Made by a program: the position numbers and the translations under genes. The notes beneath the pieces were generated by a model, which saw nothing but the letters and a program-made list of their open reading frames with translations, was not told the origin of the DNA and ran no database searches. This document shows, in pieces, positions 1 to 10,030 of a stretch of 22,010 nucleotides of DNA; position 1 is the stretch's first letter, and every line of letters begins with the position of its first letter. Source of the stretch: Candidatus Nanohaloarchaea archaeon (GTDB lineage Archaea > Nanohalarchaeota > Nanosalinia > Nanosalinales > Nanosalinaceae); contig JBDGRK010000023.1 in the NCBI GenBank assembly GCA_042218075.1, positions 1-22,010 of the forward strand, in the 5' to 3' direction.

Positions 1-86
1 GTAGTATGTGCCGCGACTGTTTGGAAGGTTTGCTTTACCGGATACACACGAATATCTTTATCAAAACTACTTTTTAAATCAGATGT

Positions 87-809
87 GTGCCACCGGTCAT
101 AGGAGACTACTGGTTATTCGACTGCCTCAAGATCGCAGTCCCAGCGATACTGATAGCAGCAACCGCACTAGTAGGGCCAACCGCCTACACAGTCAGCAAA
201 TACGGACTGAAAGCGTCCGTACTGCTACTATCTAAACTTCCTGCACGCATCGCCGGATACGCCCTTCTTGCATTCAGGCAAAACTTCACAATCATACTAG
301 CGACGTTGACCACTTTCAAAGGCAGCTTGACCGGCGGCCTCGGAGTCGTCACCGGCAAACAATCCTTCTTCAGTGTCCTCGAAGTCTTCGGCACCGAACT
401 TTACACTAAGTTACTTGGAGTGACATCACAGTTCACCAAAGGCTTGAGCCAAATACTCGCGTTCTTCGGGAAGGACAATGTCTGCACGCAGTTGACTTCT
501 CTAGGGAAACTCGCTGGAGGTATAGTGCATATTTGGTACGGTTTGTCTAGTTTGATCGTGTTGATGTTTCTGTACAGGTTGTATCGTGGTCGGTGGCAGA
601 AGGCTAAGGTCGATAAGCACGAGCAACTGTTGGTCGTAGCGTTGATCCTGATGGGTTCGGCACTGCTTCACGTCGGGGTCGGTCAGACGCAGCTCGGAAC
701 CCTATCGGATCAACTGGTTTCCTTGGCGGATACCCTTGCCCAACTGGTTCCGAACGCCGGATCAACAAACACCACAGAACTCAATCAGACACTCAACGCC
801 AGCAAGTAG
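87..809 (+). CDS. Multi-pass membrane protein, 240 aa
   Basis: Several hydrophobic segments (IAVPAILIAATALVG; IVHIWYGLSSLIVLMFLY; LLVVALILMGSALLHVGV); AT-rich TATA-like sequence at ~56-64 suggests a leaderless GTG start. Confidence 0.75.
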   Translation: MPPVIGDYWLFDCLKIAVPAILIAATALVGPTAYTVSKYGLKASVLLLSKLPARIAGYALLAFRQNFTIILATLTTFKGSLTGGLGVVTGKQSFFSVLEVFGTELYTKLLGVTSQFTKGLSQILAFFGKDNVCTQLTSLGKLAGGIVHIWYGLSSLIVLMFLYRLYRGRWQKAKVDKHEQLLVVALILMGSALLHVGVGQTQLGTLSDQLVSLADTLAQLVPNAGSTNTTELNQTLNASK

Positions 810-837
810 ATCTTCAGCAGATTTGATAGAGAAAAAC

Positions 838-1395
838 TTATTGGAAGAACTCGGTGCCGTTCTCCCGATCCTCATTCACCAACTCCTCCGCCAACGCCAC
901 CGTCACCCGGACATCCTCCATTTGATAATCCTCAATCTTCTCAACACGTCCCTGACGAAACAACTCACAGACCTTCGAACCACACACATCCGACCCATGT
1001 TCAATACCATAATTCGCAGCAGCCTCCTCCAAACCACCCTTATACCGATCCAAAACCTGCTTCCGATACTCATACAAGTCACAGTGACAGCTTTGAATCC
1101 GCTCCAACAACTGGCAAAAACTATCAAAATCACCGTTCTTCAACGCACGCGCCCACAACAACGGAAAATCATACGTCGTCCCATTATACGTATACAGCTG
1201 CGCCTCATCTCCCGGTTCACTGAAAAACGAAGTAAAACTGTCGATCAAGCCTTTCTCATCCATCTGCCGGAGACTATAGCACTCCTCAGCAACCTCTCCA
1301 TCCCTAGTCTGCTTCCAAACACCGATAGTGATGATAGTCGATGTAGGACCGAGTCCTGTAGCCTCAATATCGAATGCGCCATGCGTCCAAACCAT
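838..1395 (-). CDS. DEDDy 3'-5' exonuclease (RNase_H_2 / PolB-exonuclease-like), stand-alone
   Basis: ExoI AFDIEATG, ExoII YNGTTYDFPLL, HCDLY, ExoIII YQMEDV. Start moved from 1419 to the ATG at 1395, which follows GAGGT and has TATA-like CTTTAAAC upstream. Confidence 0.85.
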   Translation of the reverse strand: MVWTHGAFDIEATGLGPTSTIITIGVWKQTRDGEVAEECYSLRQMDEKGLIDSFTSFFSEPGDEAQLYTYNGTTYDFPLLWARALKNGDFDSFCQLLERIQSCHCDLYEYRKQVLDRYKGGLEEAAANYGIEHGSDVCGSKVCELFRQGRVEKIEDYQMEDVRVTVALAEELVNEDRENGTEFFQ

Positions 1396-1472
1396 GAAAC
1401 CTCTATAAAACAAAACCACAGCACACGTTTAAAGAATTAACCCCTGCACCAGACTTCATTCCTGAATCAAAT

Positions 1473-4400
1473 CTAGTTAAGTCTTCTCAAAGCAACAAAC
1501 ACCGACGCCAACGACAAAAGACCTCCAGCACCCAACAACAACTCCCAAACCGACACATCAAAACCAGTTCCACTACACTTCTTCCCGCCGCTGCTCGTCA
1601 ACTGACACCGACGACCAATATTCTCCAACACAGTCCTCGACGGATCAACACCCAACTCAAACCGCAGGAAACCCTTCAACTCCGAAACCAGGCCCGGCTC
1701 AGGAACCGCCTCAAAAACAACGCCTGTAGGCGGAGTACCAGCCGACACACCAACCGTTACATTACACGACACCACTCCATCAGTCGAAGACAACGCATCC
1801 TGACCCGGCATATCAACACGGATTTTCGGACCAACACTCGAACCCAGCTGATTCGAAGCAGGCTCCAACACATACCTGCCGGTATTACCGAAGCCTTCAC
1901 CTAGCTGCCCCTTCGCAACTTCAAACCGGCTGCACTCACCGCCAGTCTTCGACGAATTCACCGACACCACAACAGTATTCGACTTCGAAGCCAAGTTCTC
2001 CAAATTAAACCGGGCGATACTCACCCTGCCCGGACGCACATTAAACCGTGTCTCCGAAACCTTCACACCAAGATTCTTACCTTTAGACGGCTCGCCTCCA
2101 CCTCCGCCGCCTCCACCTCCGCCGCCGGAGGAACCGGTCGAATAATAATACGTCAACGACGCACTGTGGCTACCTGACTCCAAGCTGCTGTTCCCAAAGT
2201 CCGTACCCACAACCACTTCCACATACTCATTCTTATCCAACACAGTGACATTCCCGCGTTTAGAATCCACGATAGCCTCAACGCTACCGCCTTCACGGCT
2301 ATCCCAGTTCTTCAAATCATCCTCACTGATATTCCACACCAACCGCCGAGTCTTCGTCTCATTCGAATTCACATCGAACGTGGTGTTAAAGTACACACGG
2401 TTGAAGTCCGTTGTCGGATCATTCTCCAAAATGGTTTGAACCGGTGTGCCCTCTCCGCCCGGATCACAGTTGTACCCAGTCGTATAGTTCACTGCATTCC
2501 CTGCATCGATGTCTTTTGAGGTGCTGTTCGACTGACTGCACTTCAACGGACCCAGACCCACACCGGAGCTGGATACCGAGCTAAAGTTCACGTTGCCTCG
2601 GGTGTTCTCTGCCTCTACGTTGCGGAAACCGGTGTAGTTCTCCTCAAGATACACACGATCCGGTGCCGGAGTAAAGTCGTAACTGGTCTCGGAGACAGCA
2701 TCCACACTGTTTTCTACTGTGCTGCAGTTACCGGTCGCCTGCACATTCGAACCACTGGACACCGTGGCGGATACCGTGTTCTCACACCTGCTAGACAAGT
2801 CCACCGAGCTGAAGCTGAACGACTTACTGTTATCCACAACCAATTCAGTCCGGTTCAACACGTACTGAGTTCCGAAATCATGGCTACGGCTACTGTTCTC
2901 ACCTACAACCGCAACCTCGTTCTCCGTCTCGCCGGTGATGAAGTCGCTCTTCCAAACCTCCGTCGTATTCAACCACTTACCTGACGCCACCTCCTGAGAA
3001 CTAACCGAACCATCCGATACCACAGTTCCATCATCCGAAAAAGTGAGCGTGTAGTTCGCAGCCTCACCACGATTATAGATATTCACCGTGTACTCCGTCT
3101 GCTGATCACTCAAATTATGGCCGTGACCAGAATCCGGCTGGATACCAGTATCCTTCTTTACCGTGAAGTTTACCGTAGCCGGATTCGAGAACACGCCGTT
3201 GAAATCATTTACCTCAAAAAAGGTGTCAACTGGTGTGCTCCAACCGGATAACTTGAAAGTCGAGTTCGTAAACCGATCTACCGTCAAACCGTTCGCAGAG
3301 TTGTAGTCCTTGATTTGCTGGCCGTCCGGATCACCAATACTCAAATTCAGGACCTTACTTCCGGTGCCGCCAATACCAGTCCACTCCACCTCCTTCCGCT
3401 CCACGGTCGGAGGATTATTCGCTGTCTTACCATCCAACTCGATGCTGTCAATACTGGGGGTTGAAGTCCCCTTCGAGTACGAAATATTATACTTTGCATC
3501 CGTAGCTCCTTGAGAAAGTGAGAGATCGATGGTTTGAGTACCCGAGGACGATAGTTCGCTGCTGGAAACCTTCTCAGTCTCCAACGGATTCGAACCCGGA
3601 GAACCATCGTTACTGGTCTTCACCCATATATCAATCGTGCCGCCGTTCTTATTGTAGTTCGAGACCGTGATGTTATCCCACACCTTCTTCTCAGAAGCAC
3701 TGTAAACCTTAGAGACGTAAGAACCAGAACCAAACCCAACATCAGTTATTCCTCCAACCTTCTTAACTTTCTCTGAAAGATTGAATGACGAAGACGAACC
3801 AAAGTCATATCTCCTCAAAAAGTTATCAGGACCTGAATAAACTACATCTAAATCTCCATCATCTCCAACATCCCCCACACCCCCTATCGGCTTGCCATTA
3901 ACTCCAGTATCAGTGAAGGAATTAGAACCAAAATCATAAGTCTTCAAATCTTTGTCAAACTGCTCGCTGTAAACAACATCTATATCTCCATCATCTCCAA
4001 CATCTCCTATACCTCCGACAGAGTTGCTTTTATCATTTAACTTAGTTAAGCTGTCAGAACCACTATCGTAGTAAGAAATATTAGAATCCTTAATAGTAAA
4101 TACATCTATATCTCCATCACTTCCTATATCATCTACACCTCCTACACCCTCAATACTGCTATATAAACTGCTGCTACTACCAGAACCAAGATCATACACA
4201 TCTAAACTTGTTCTTTCCATGAAAAGGTCTAGATCGCCGTCATCGCCTTTATCTCCGAAACCTCCAGGTTGGGCTGTCCCGCTGCCTGTATTAGTAGTGG
4301 TTCCTTGCCTCAGATTGTATATATATCCTTCATTATTGCTATTATTTTTATAAGATATAACATCTTCATCTGTATCACTTACACCAGTAAGCCCGAGAAT

Positions 4401-5681
4401 ATTCGTTTGGGGTAGAGAAGTATTTTTAACGCTTCCAGAACCTGTGTCATAGTAGAGCAGGTATCTTCCTAAACCCTTATTGAAAAATATGTCTTTGTCG
4501 CCGTCAGAATAAGTTAGCTCAAGGACTCCAGATTTCTCAACTGTTTCTGTGAATGAACCTGAATTCCATTCGCTGCTGGTGTCTGTCTTGAACGTCGCCA
4601 CCGAACCGATAACGTAGCTGTAGTAGTCGAACTCGAATTTCTCCGGGTCGTCCGTCAAGGGATTGTAGACAGGTTGAGTAAAATTAATTCCGATTGTTTT
4701 CTTGGAGTCAGCAGGATAGGTCACATTGTAGACCTCAAACTCATATTTCTCAGGATTATTCAACGTACCTGTCGATATATTGGCTTGATCCAGTTCAGGC
4801 TGAATACTCTTACTGTAATTAATACTTCCCAATTTCTCATGAGTCAAACCGTTCCAGTCAATACCTGAAACATTACTCCGAGGTTCGTGAGCAACTACCA
4901 GTTTCTCAGTCTCCCTGCCTTCATACAGATTATCATGAGTGATTGATTGTCGAACCTTTCCAGCAGAAATCTCCTTAACTTTACCTGAGACTGGAATCCT
5001 CTGAGTATCATTTCCTGAGTAAACATTTTCAGTTGTCTGAGTCTTATTCTGGAAACTGTGATTACCGTAAACCTGATGCCGAACTATCAAGTGTTCATAG
5101 TGCGAAGATACCTGAGGCTGAATAACTCCTCCACGAAGACCAAACTCCAAATCAGGATTAGAAAACGACAAGTTCCTCGATTCACCGTTGAAAGTGTAAG
5201 AAACTTTTTCTTGAAAACCACTTCTCTGGTACTGAATCTGCACCTGTTCATCCTTCAATCCCCCCTGATTACCTTGACTCTGAATCTGGAACTGCTCCGA
5301 AACATTCCCATTTATCTGCTGATTAGCCTCAAACTGGTACTGCCCAAACCTATCAGGAACATCCTTCACACCGTCAAGAAGCTTATCCTTCTGGTTTCCA
5401 AGGAACTGATACCTTATCTGAAGGACTTTCTGCCCTTGATTGTTGGTTTGGAAACTGGCTTGGAAATAGTTCAGGTCATCATGCCATTTCTGCGGAAGAG
5501 TCACATTCTTATAGCTAACAGTCTTATTCACATAATCAGTAGCGAAACGTACACCATTCTGTGTGAAAGACGTATTGATATCTTTCTCAGTCAATCCCTC
5601 AACCTGTATAGAGGCAGCTGACGCAGCAGAAGTGAACGCAAATACAGCAAAAGCTATATACAGCAGCTTGTCTTTCCTCAC
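1473..5681 (-). CDS. Large secreted, C-terminally anchored adhesin/spike-like protein, 1402 aa
   Basis: Signal peptide (MRKDKLLYIAFAVFAFTSAASA), beta-rich S/T/N/G composition, FG-GAP-like repeats, poly-Gly linker, C-terminal TM helix followed by RR. Confidence 0.85.
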   Translation of the reverse strand: MRKDKLLYIAFAVFAFTSAASAASIQVEGLTEKDINTSFTQNGVRFATDYVNKTVSYKNVTLPQKWHDDLNYFQASFQTNNQGQKVLQIRYQFLGNQKDKLLDGVKDVPDRFGQYQFEANQQINGNVSEQFQIQSQGNQGGLKDEQVQIQYQRSGFQEKVSYTFNGESRNLSFSNPDLEFGLRGGVIQPQVSSHYEHLIVRHQVYGNHSFQNKTQTTENVYSGNDTQRIPVSGKVKEISAGKVRQSITHDNLYEGRETEKLVVAHEPRSNVSGIDWNGLTHEKLGSINYSKSIQPELDQANISTGTLNNPEKYEFEVYNVTYPADSKKTIGINFTQPVYNPLTDDPEKFEFDYYSYVIGSVATFKTDTSSEWNSGSFTETVEKSGVLELTYSDGDKDIFFNKGLGRYLLYYDTGSGSVKNTSLPQTNILGLTGVSDTDEDVISYKNNSNNEGYIYNLRQGTTTNTGSGTAQPGGFGDKGDDGDLDLFMERTSLDVYDLGSGSSSSLYSSIEGVGGVDDIGSDGDIDVFTIKDSNISYYDSGSDSLTKLNDKSNSVGGIGDVGDDGDIDVVYSEQFDKDLKTYDFGSNSFTDTGVNGKPIGGVGDVGDDGDLDVVYSGPDNFLRRYDFGSSSSFNLSEKVKKVGGITDVGFGSGSYVSKVYSASEKKVWDNITVSNYNKNGGTIDIWVKTSNDGSPGSNPLETEKVSSSELSSSGTQTIDLSLSQGATDAKYNISYSKGTSTPSIDSIELDGKTANNPPTVERKEVEWTGIGGTGSKVLNLSIGDPDGQQIKDYNSANGLTVDRFTNSTFKLSGWSTPVDTFFEVNDFNGVFSNPATVNFTVKKDTGIQPDSGHGHNLSDQQTEYTVNIYNRGEAANYTLTFSDDGTVVSDGSVSSQEVASGKWLNTTEVWKSDFITGETENEVAVVGENSSRSHDFGTQYVLNRTELVVDNSKSFSFSSVDLSSRCENTVSATVSSGSNVQATGNCSTVENSVDAVSETSYDFTPAPDRVYLEENYTGFRNVEAENTRGNVNFSSVSSSGVGLGPLKCSQSNSTSKDIDAGNAVNYTTGYNCDPGGEGTPVQTILENDPTTDFNRVYFNTTFDVNSNETKTRRLVWNISEDDLKNWDSREGGSVEAIVDSKRGNVTVLDKNEYVEVVVGTDFGNSSLESGSHSASLTYYYSTGSSGGGGGGGGGGGEPSKGKNLGVKVSETRFNVRPGRVSIARFNLENLASKSNTVVVSVNSSKTGGECSRFEVAKGQLGEGFGNTGRYVLEPASNQLGSSVGPKIRVDMPGQDALSSTDGVVSCNVTVGVSAGTPPTGVVFEAVPEPGLVSELKGFLRFELGVDPSRTVLENIGRRCQLTSSGGKKCSGTGFDVSVWELLLGAGGLLSLASVFVALRRLN
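3730..4515 (-). repeat. Six ~42-44 aa FG-GAP/VCBS-like repeats (predicted beta-propeller)
   Basis: Motif GGxGDxGxDGDxDxxY...YDxGS recurs six times (two copies degenerate); near-identical DNA at 3844-3872, 3976-4004 and 4102-4130. Confidence 0.8.
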
Positions 5682-5702
5682 ACAAACAATAACACATATA
5701 TT

Positions 5703-5710
5703 CTTTTAAA
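5703..5710 (-). promoter_or_regulatory. TATA box, leaderless promoter of the adhesin gene
   Basis: TTTAAAAG on the minus strand, ~21 nt before the GTG at 5681. Confidence 0.6.
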
Positions 5711-5724
5711 AAACGATTGGTGGG

Positions 5725-6666
5725 TCAAAACAGATTCAAAACCCACTCCACCAAGCCCTCAAAGAAACCAGTCCGGGAACCGCCCGAATCCACAACCCGC
5801 ACACTCTTCGAACGACTAACAGAATCCAAACCATCCGACACAGACACACTAACATTCCGGCTTACACCACCAACAACAAAACTATACGACGCAGTCCTAC
5901 CCGTCTCACCATTCGACCAAGAATAACTCAAATCCTGCTGCTCCAGATCCTCATCACGGGCACGGACAGACACATTAAACACCTCCTCATCCTCAACACG
6001 GCTAGGCACATCAAAAACCGTTATCACAGGCTTCGAATTCCGGCAACCACTCTCCAAACGACCAGCCGTACCAGGACACTCATCACTCCTATCAAAAACA
6101 CCGTCACCATCACGGTCATTTCTCAAAGAATACGACACACGAGAATACTCAGAATCCGCACTACCGAGATACGACCTGCAGCTCTCAACACTCGGCTCCG
6201 GATTACACATCGTTACACGGACCTCAGACCTATCCACACTATCCAAACTGCAGCCTAAAGCCGAAGACGAAACCAACTTACCCGGTATCTGCACCTCAAC
6301 CCTGACACGGTCATCATCCTCAAAACCAACCGTAGCCAAACAACTGCCCTGCCAATTACTTCCATTAAAAGCTACTCCATTACCATCCTGATCCTGAACA
6401 ATAATATTTCTCTCACTTAACAAACCACGCGCACCGTTCTCATCCAGTTCAAACAGTTCAGCCTCACCGATAGTCGCACCTGTAAAATCAGAAAATTGCT
6501 CATTAACGCCGTTAAAGCTGCAGGCGAAGCTGTCACCTGAACCACTGCAAGACTGACCATTAATATCGAAACCCGGATTCGAAGCAAAAGACAGCATCCC
6601 CGACCCGAATAAGGCTGCCAACGCAACTGCTGCAACTCCTCCCAGCAAAAACTGCTGACGTTTCAC
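5725..6666 (-). CDS. Membrane-anchored/secreted protein with TSP type-3-like Ca-binding motif and PKD/Ig-like domain, 313 aa
   Basis: N-terminal TM; DRDGDGVFDRSDECPGTAG...GC; NSKPVI...ARDED...LSYSW...VSVSDG; amphipathic C-terminus FFEGLVEWVLNLF; GTGA overlap with the upstream gene. Confidence 0.75.
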   Translation of the reverse strand: MKRQQFLLGGVAAVALAALFGSGMLSFASNPGFDINGQSCSGSGDSFACSFNGVNEQFSDFTGATIGEAELFELDENGARGLLSERNIIVQDQDGNGVAFNGSNWQGSCLATVGFEDDDRVRVEVQIPGKLVSSSALGCSLDSVDRSEVRVTMCNPEPSVESCRSYLGSADSEYSRVSYSLRNDRDGDGVFDRSDECPGTAGRLESGCRNSKPVITVFDVPSRVEDEEVFNVSVRARDEDLEQQDLSYSWSNGETGRTASYSFVVGGVSRNVSVSVSDGLDSVSRSKSVRVVDSGGSRTGFFEGLVEWVLNLF

Positions 6667-7301
6667 CGGGCAACATTCACCTCGACCTCGGGGAACACAC
6701 TACCAATGTTTGCGTCAGCAGGTTTTTGAAAGCACCGGAGATTCGACAAACTGCTGCCTTTGTCTTTTTGGATTGGAGCCGCCATCACACACGACAACTC
6801 AAAACTGGACTCTAGAAACGACCTTTTGTCGTTGAACTGTTCGCTGACACTGGTTTCAGGTCCAGAAAGCACCGCCTCACTGCTCGGCGGATGGAAATGC
6901 AAAGTTCCGTCAACCGTTCCAACACAGTTTGCGGTCGTAAAGGTGGTCGAGGATTCACTGGATTTCAACGTACCCGCCTTCTGCACACTGATCCTATCAC
7001 CAATTTTGTCGATGCAGAACCCTGTTTCACCAACCCGGTCTCCGCTACCGGTATTCAGCTCTGTATAGATACGGTTCAAATATTTCGCATCATTCTGTGA
7101 CAGCACCAATCCGTCCTCACTCGCCGTCGACGCCGCCGACAACTCACCGACAGTACTCGAATACAACGCCTCAAATTGCCACGGCGCACCAGGATTTTCC
7201 TGAACATACATCATCGAACCCGCAAAAACCGCAACACCAGCCACCACTACAAAACCGATCTCCCACTTACCGTCAGGTAACGGGCCATCACCGTCAACCA
7301 C
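6663..7301 (-). CDS. Membrane-anchored JAB/MPN-like metallopeptidase, 212 aa
   Basis: N-terminal TM; ETGFCI (upstream Glu) and GTLHFHP...LS...ND match JAMM E..HxH..S..D with an insertion before the Asp; SD GGAGGTG upstream. Confidence 0.65.
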   Translation of the reverse strand: MVDGDGPLPDGKWEIGFVVVAGVAVFAGSMMYVQENPGAPWQFEALYSSTVGELSAASTASEDGLVLSQNDAKYLNRIYTELNTGSGDRVGETGFCIDKIGDRISVQKAGTLKSSESSTTFTTANCVGTVDGTLHFHPPSSEAVLSGPETSVSEQFNDKRSFLESSFELSCVMAAPIQKDKGSSLSNLRCFQKPADANIGSVFPEVEVNVAR

Positions 7302-8205
7302 CAGACAACACCTCCGAAAACAGATCCATTACATCATCGGAACGCCGAACGATCCAGACGCCCGCCAACAAGTGCAAGGCAATAAACAATCCTCCGACCA
7401 GCCGCGTCACCGGAGCGAACTGCGCCGCATCCGCAGGCGGGAACATCATCCTCACCATGAACCCGAGAGTGCTGTACACAGTCTGATTCAGGTTGTGCCC
7501 GAAATGGAAGCCGACCATCGTAACGATCCCGACCGGGATCACATCGAACACCTGTTTCTTCGTCAAATCCTCATACGCAGGAATAAACACCCACAAACCG
7601 CCGATAGTCGCCGCGAACAACAGGAAAGTAGGATTGACCGCTCCGTGAAGCCGAGCAAAACCTAATCCGATAGGTACCGCCGTCAACACAAGCTTCCTTG
7701 GAACAGTATCCAACACGTCCAGGCCTAGTGTTGAAATGGTTTTGTCCCAGATTAGGTAGATCACCGGGCCAACCGTATACAGGAACAATGTCTCAACGAC
7801 AGGAGCCATGAACAAGTTCGTGACCTCCTGCACAATCGTAGGCGCACTGGAGAGGACAGAAAGGTAGGTATCGGTTGCTACGCTGAAGAACGATAGTTTG
7901 CCTCCTGTGAAGAAGTTCAGTAACCTTGCGATGTAGTATCCTATTATGAATGATGCTGCGACACCGGCTTCGCTGACCGGGCTGCGTATGATCGCTCCTT
8001 GGCTGGCGAAGTAGATGATTGATACGAAGGATAGCCAGACGCCTCCGGTGACGATTACTGCGAGGCTGCTGCTGCGGAGTCCGACGAGCCAGAGCGCGCC
8101 GGTGATTACTAGTGGTGTTAGGAATAGTGCGAGCATCACCAGGTTGAGGTCGCCTGGTTTCACCCCTTTGAGGAAGTTGTCGAATACTTCGGTTGTCTCT
8201 GCCAT
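7294..8205 (-). CDS. CPBP/Abi (Rce1-like) intramembrane glutamic endopeptidase, 303 aa
   Basis: Polytopic; PVVETLF (degenerate EExxxR), FARLH (FxxxH) and HFGHN (HxxxN) in the canonical order. Confidence 0.7.
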   Translation of the reverse strand: MAETTEVFDNFLKGVKPGDLNLVMLALFLTPLVITGALWLVGLRSSSLAVIVTGGVWLSFVSIIYFASQGAIIRSPVSEAGVAASFIIGYYIARLLNFFTGGKLSFFSVATDTYLSVLSSAPTIVQEVTNLFMAPVVETLFLYTVGPVIYLIWDKTISTLGLDVLDTVPRKLVLTAVPIGLGFARLHGAVNPTFLLFAATIGGLWVFIPAYEDLTKKQVFDVIPVGIVTMVGFHFGHNLNQTVYSTLGFMVRMMFPPADAAQFAPVTRLVGGLFIALHLLAGVWIVRRSDDVMDLFSEVLSGG

Positions 8206-8245
8206 CCGTTTTTGTTACACAGTCAAGTAATGGTAAATCTTTTTT

Positions 8246-9037
8246 TTAAAACACGGCTGATGCTAAGACTCGAACAACAGAAACCAAGTCCATTACCTCA
8301 AAACGCATACCAGCCACACCAAACAACACCTTTCCACCATCTTCACGGACTCGACCCTGCAGCTCCTCCACACGGCTCTCCAAACGGTTCCGAGTACGGT
8401 TCAAACTCCTTAGACGCTGCCGAAGCCTTTCCACACGCTGCTCCAAAACACGGTCAGAACCCTGACCACCTGTAGAACCATCACCACCGTCATTACCCTG
8501 AGAACCAGTCGAACCCGAAGAACCACCACTATCACCTACATTTCCGGCACCGTCACCAAACCCGCCGCCAACACCGCGGCCCACATCTCCATCCGAATCA
8601 GCACCCCCATCATCGCTGCTCTCACCGTCACCGTCATCGTCGTCCACTTCACGGACAGGAACACCCGTCGAAGCATTCACATCCACACTATAATTACCCG
8701 GAACCAACGCCGTCGAACTATCCAACACCAAATCAACACGCCGCACACCATCCGGAGAAACAACCACAGTACGGCCCGGACTAAAAGACAGATTCCAGCC
8801 CTCACCATTCAAACCCGTGCCGGAATCAATACCAGCATCCAAGTCAACAACCACCGAAGTCTCACCGCTATACGAAACACGGATCTCCTGACGGAACTCA
8901 GAACCAGCCGCACCAGAAACATTAAACCTAGTTGGAGAAACCTGCAACTCTCCCACACCTGCAGCCGAAGCTGGAGCTACAAGCAAAGCTGCCGCTGAAA
9001 CCAGTACAAATCCCGAAACCTCAATACCTCGTCTCAT
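8246..9037 (-). CDS. Secreted Ig-like protein with Gly/Asp-rich linker, coiled coil and hydrophobic C-terminus, 263 aa
   Basis: Signal peptide ending ASA-A; VSPTRFNV...PGNYSVDVNAS Ig-like pattern; low-complexity G/D/S stretch; heptad LEQRVERLRQRLRSLNRTRNRLESRVEEL. Confidence 0.7.
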   Translation of the reverse strand: MRRGIEVSGFVLVSAAALLVAPASAAGVGELQVSPTRFNVSGAAGSEFRQEIRVSYSGETSVVVDLDAGIDSGTGLNGEGWNLSFSPGRTVVVSPDGVRRVDLVLDSSTALVPGNYSVDVNASTGVPVREVDDDDGDGESSDDGGADSDGDVGRGVGGGFGDGAGNVGDSGGSSGSTGSQGNDGGDGSTGGQGSDRVLEQRVERLRQRLRSLNRTRNRLESRVEELQGRVREDGGKVLFGVAGMRFEVMDLVSVVRVLASAVF

Positions 9038-9048
9038 GATATGGAAAT

Positions 9049-9082
9049 GGTTGAGAGGCAGCCCTTTAGACCGCCTCCAACC
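9049..9082 (-). terminator. Intercistronic stem-loop (attenuator or mRNA stabiliser)
   Basis: Minus strand GGTTG-GAGGCGGTC...GGCTGCCTC-T-CAACC; the mismatches are G-U wobbles only on the minus strand. Confidence 0.6.
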
Positions 9083-9097
9083 CGTAACCCGACCTGT

Positions 9098-9865
9098 CTA
9101 TGCAGGTGCGTCAAACTGAGGGCAAGCAGCCGCCACATCGGACAGACCACCACTCTCAGGATTGAACAACGTCGTCAGATACGACTCAACGGAAACAGAC
9201 TCCGTCGGGAAACCAGACTGCGTATCAAAACTGTAGTCAACAGTCCAAGCTTCACCGCTGTCAAAGTTCACGCCGTCACTGATATCGCCGTCACTTTCGT
9301 AGCTGTCGTACTTTCCAGGCGTGCCGTTGTTCTCACCGATACACACCACTACATCCTGAGTGCCTTCACCGGTTACATCAGCCTCACCGACGTACAGATT
9401 CCTGCCAGTGGCGTCAGTACGGACAGATCCGTCGCTATACCTTGACAGGTAGTCAAGGAACGGTCCTGCCGAACTCGGAGCAGTTTGTTCATAGGTGAAC
9501 GTCACGTTCTCCAGGTTCTCCTTCTGCATCGCTTGGCTGCTAGAGATCACTACTGCCTCAACCAGTGCGCTCGTCTCCTCGTTAGCCAAGTTCTCTTTCT
9601 CGAACGTAGCCGAGAAAGTACCTGAAGCACCGGGAGACACAGTGAAGGACTGGCTGCCTGTAACCGTGGAGTCGTTGCCCGTCACACCGGTTACTTCGTA
9701 CTTCATACCGGTGGAGACGGACGCGGTCCCGGATACTGTAGGGGAGACAATCTCTTGAACAGCTGCGGTGCCTCCGCCGAGAACCATCAAGCCGAGAAGT
9801 GCTGCCATCACCGGTTTCTCACGGCTGTAGCTGACCGCACGGCTTTTGACTTGTTTTGTATTCAT
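9098..9865 (-). CDS. Secreted beta-rich protein, candidate filament/structural subunit, 255 aa
   Basis: Long basic N-region plus hydrophobic signal ending GTAA, followed by strand VSGTASVS; perfect SD GGAGGTGA at 9875-9882. Confidence 0.7.
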   Translation of the reverse strand: MNTKQVKSRAVSYSREKPVMAALLGLMVLGGGTAAVQEIVSPTVSGTASVSTGMKYEVTGVTGNDSTVTGSQSFTVSPGASGTFSATFEKENLANEETSALVEAVVISSSQAMQKENLENVTFTYEQTAPSSAGPFLDYLSRYSDGSVRTDATGRNLYVGEADVTGEGTQDVVVCIGENNGTPGKYDSYESDGDISDGVNFDSGEAWTVDYSFDTQSGFPTESVSVESYLTTLFNPESGGLSDVAAACPQFDAPA

Positions 9866-10023
9866 TCTGTATTCTCACCTCCGTTTTCTGTCTGTGAGCT
9901 GTGGTTTTCTCGGAAGAAGAGTCGAATGCTGTGCCGGACAAATTCGCTGAAGGAGTTGAATTCGTCGCTGTGTTTGTCTCTGTATTTTTCTCTGAAGTGT
10001 TCCGGCAGGTCAATCGTGACCAT
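9862..10023 (-). CDS. Ribbon-helix-helix regulator, 53 aa (not in ORF track)
   Basis: MVTIDLPEHFREKYRDKHSDEFNSFSEFVRHSIRLFFRENHSSQTENGGENTE: alternating beta-strand plus SxSEFVRxxIR; ATGA overlap with the 9865 start. Confidence 0.75.
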   Translation of the reverse strand: MVTIDLPEHFREKYRDKHSDEFNSFSEFVRHSIRLFFRENHSSQTENGGENTE

Positions 10024-10030
10024 GTCTGTA

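Noticed and set aside
736-1440. 234-aa plus-strand ORF
   Set aside because: Antisense shadow of the exonuclease; I/L/Q/T-rich composition produced by the A/C skew.
2092-2130. CCTCCG/CCGCC tandem repeat
   Set aside because: Encodes the poly-Gly linker; no sign of phase variation.
3844-4130. 29-nt repeats as a CRISPR array or DGR template/variable pair
   Set aside because: Spacing is 126-132 nt and in frame, encoding propeller blades; no cas or reverse transcriptase gene.
5058-5621. 187-aa plus-strand ORF and other plus-strand ORFs from 2245 to 10733
   Set aside because: Antisense to well-supported minus-strand genes; no motifs, promoters or SD.
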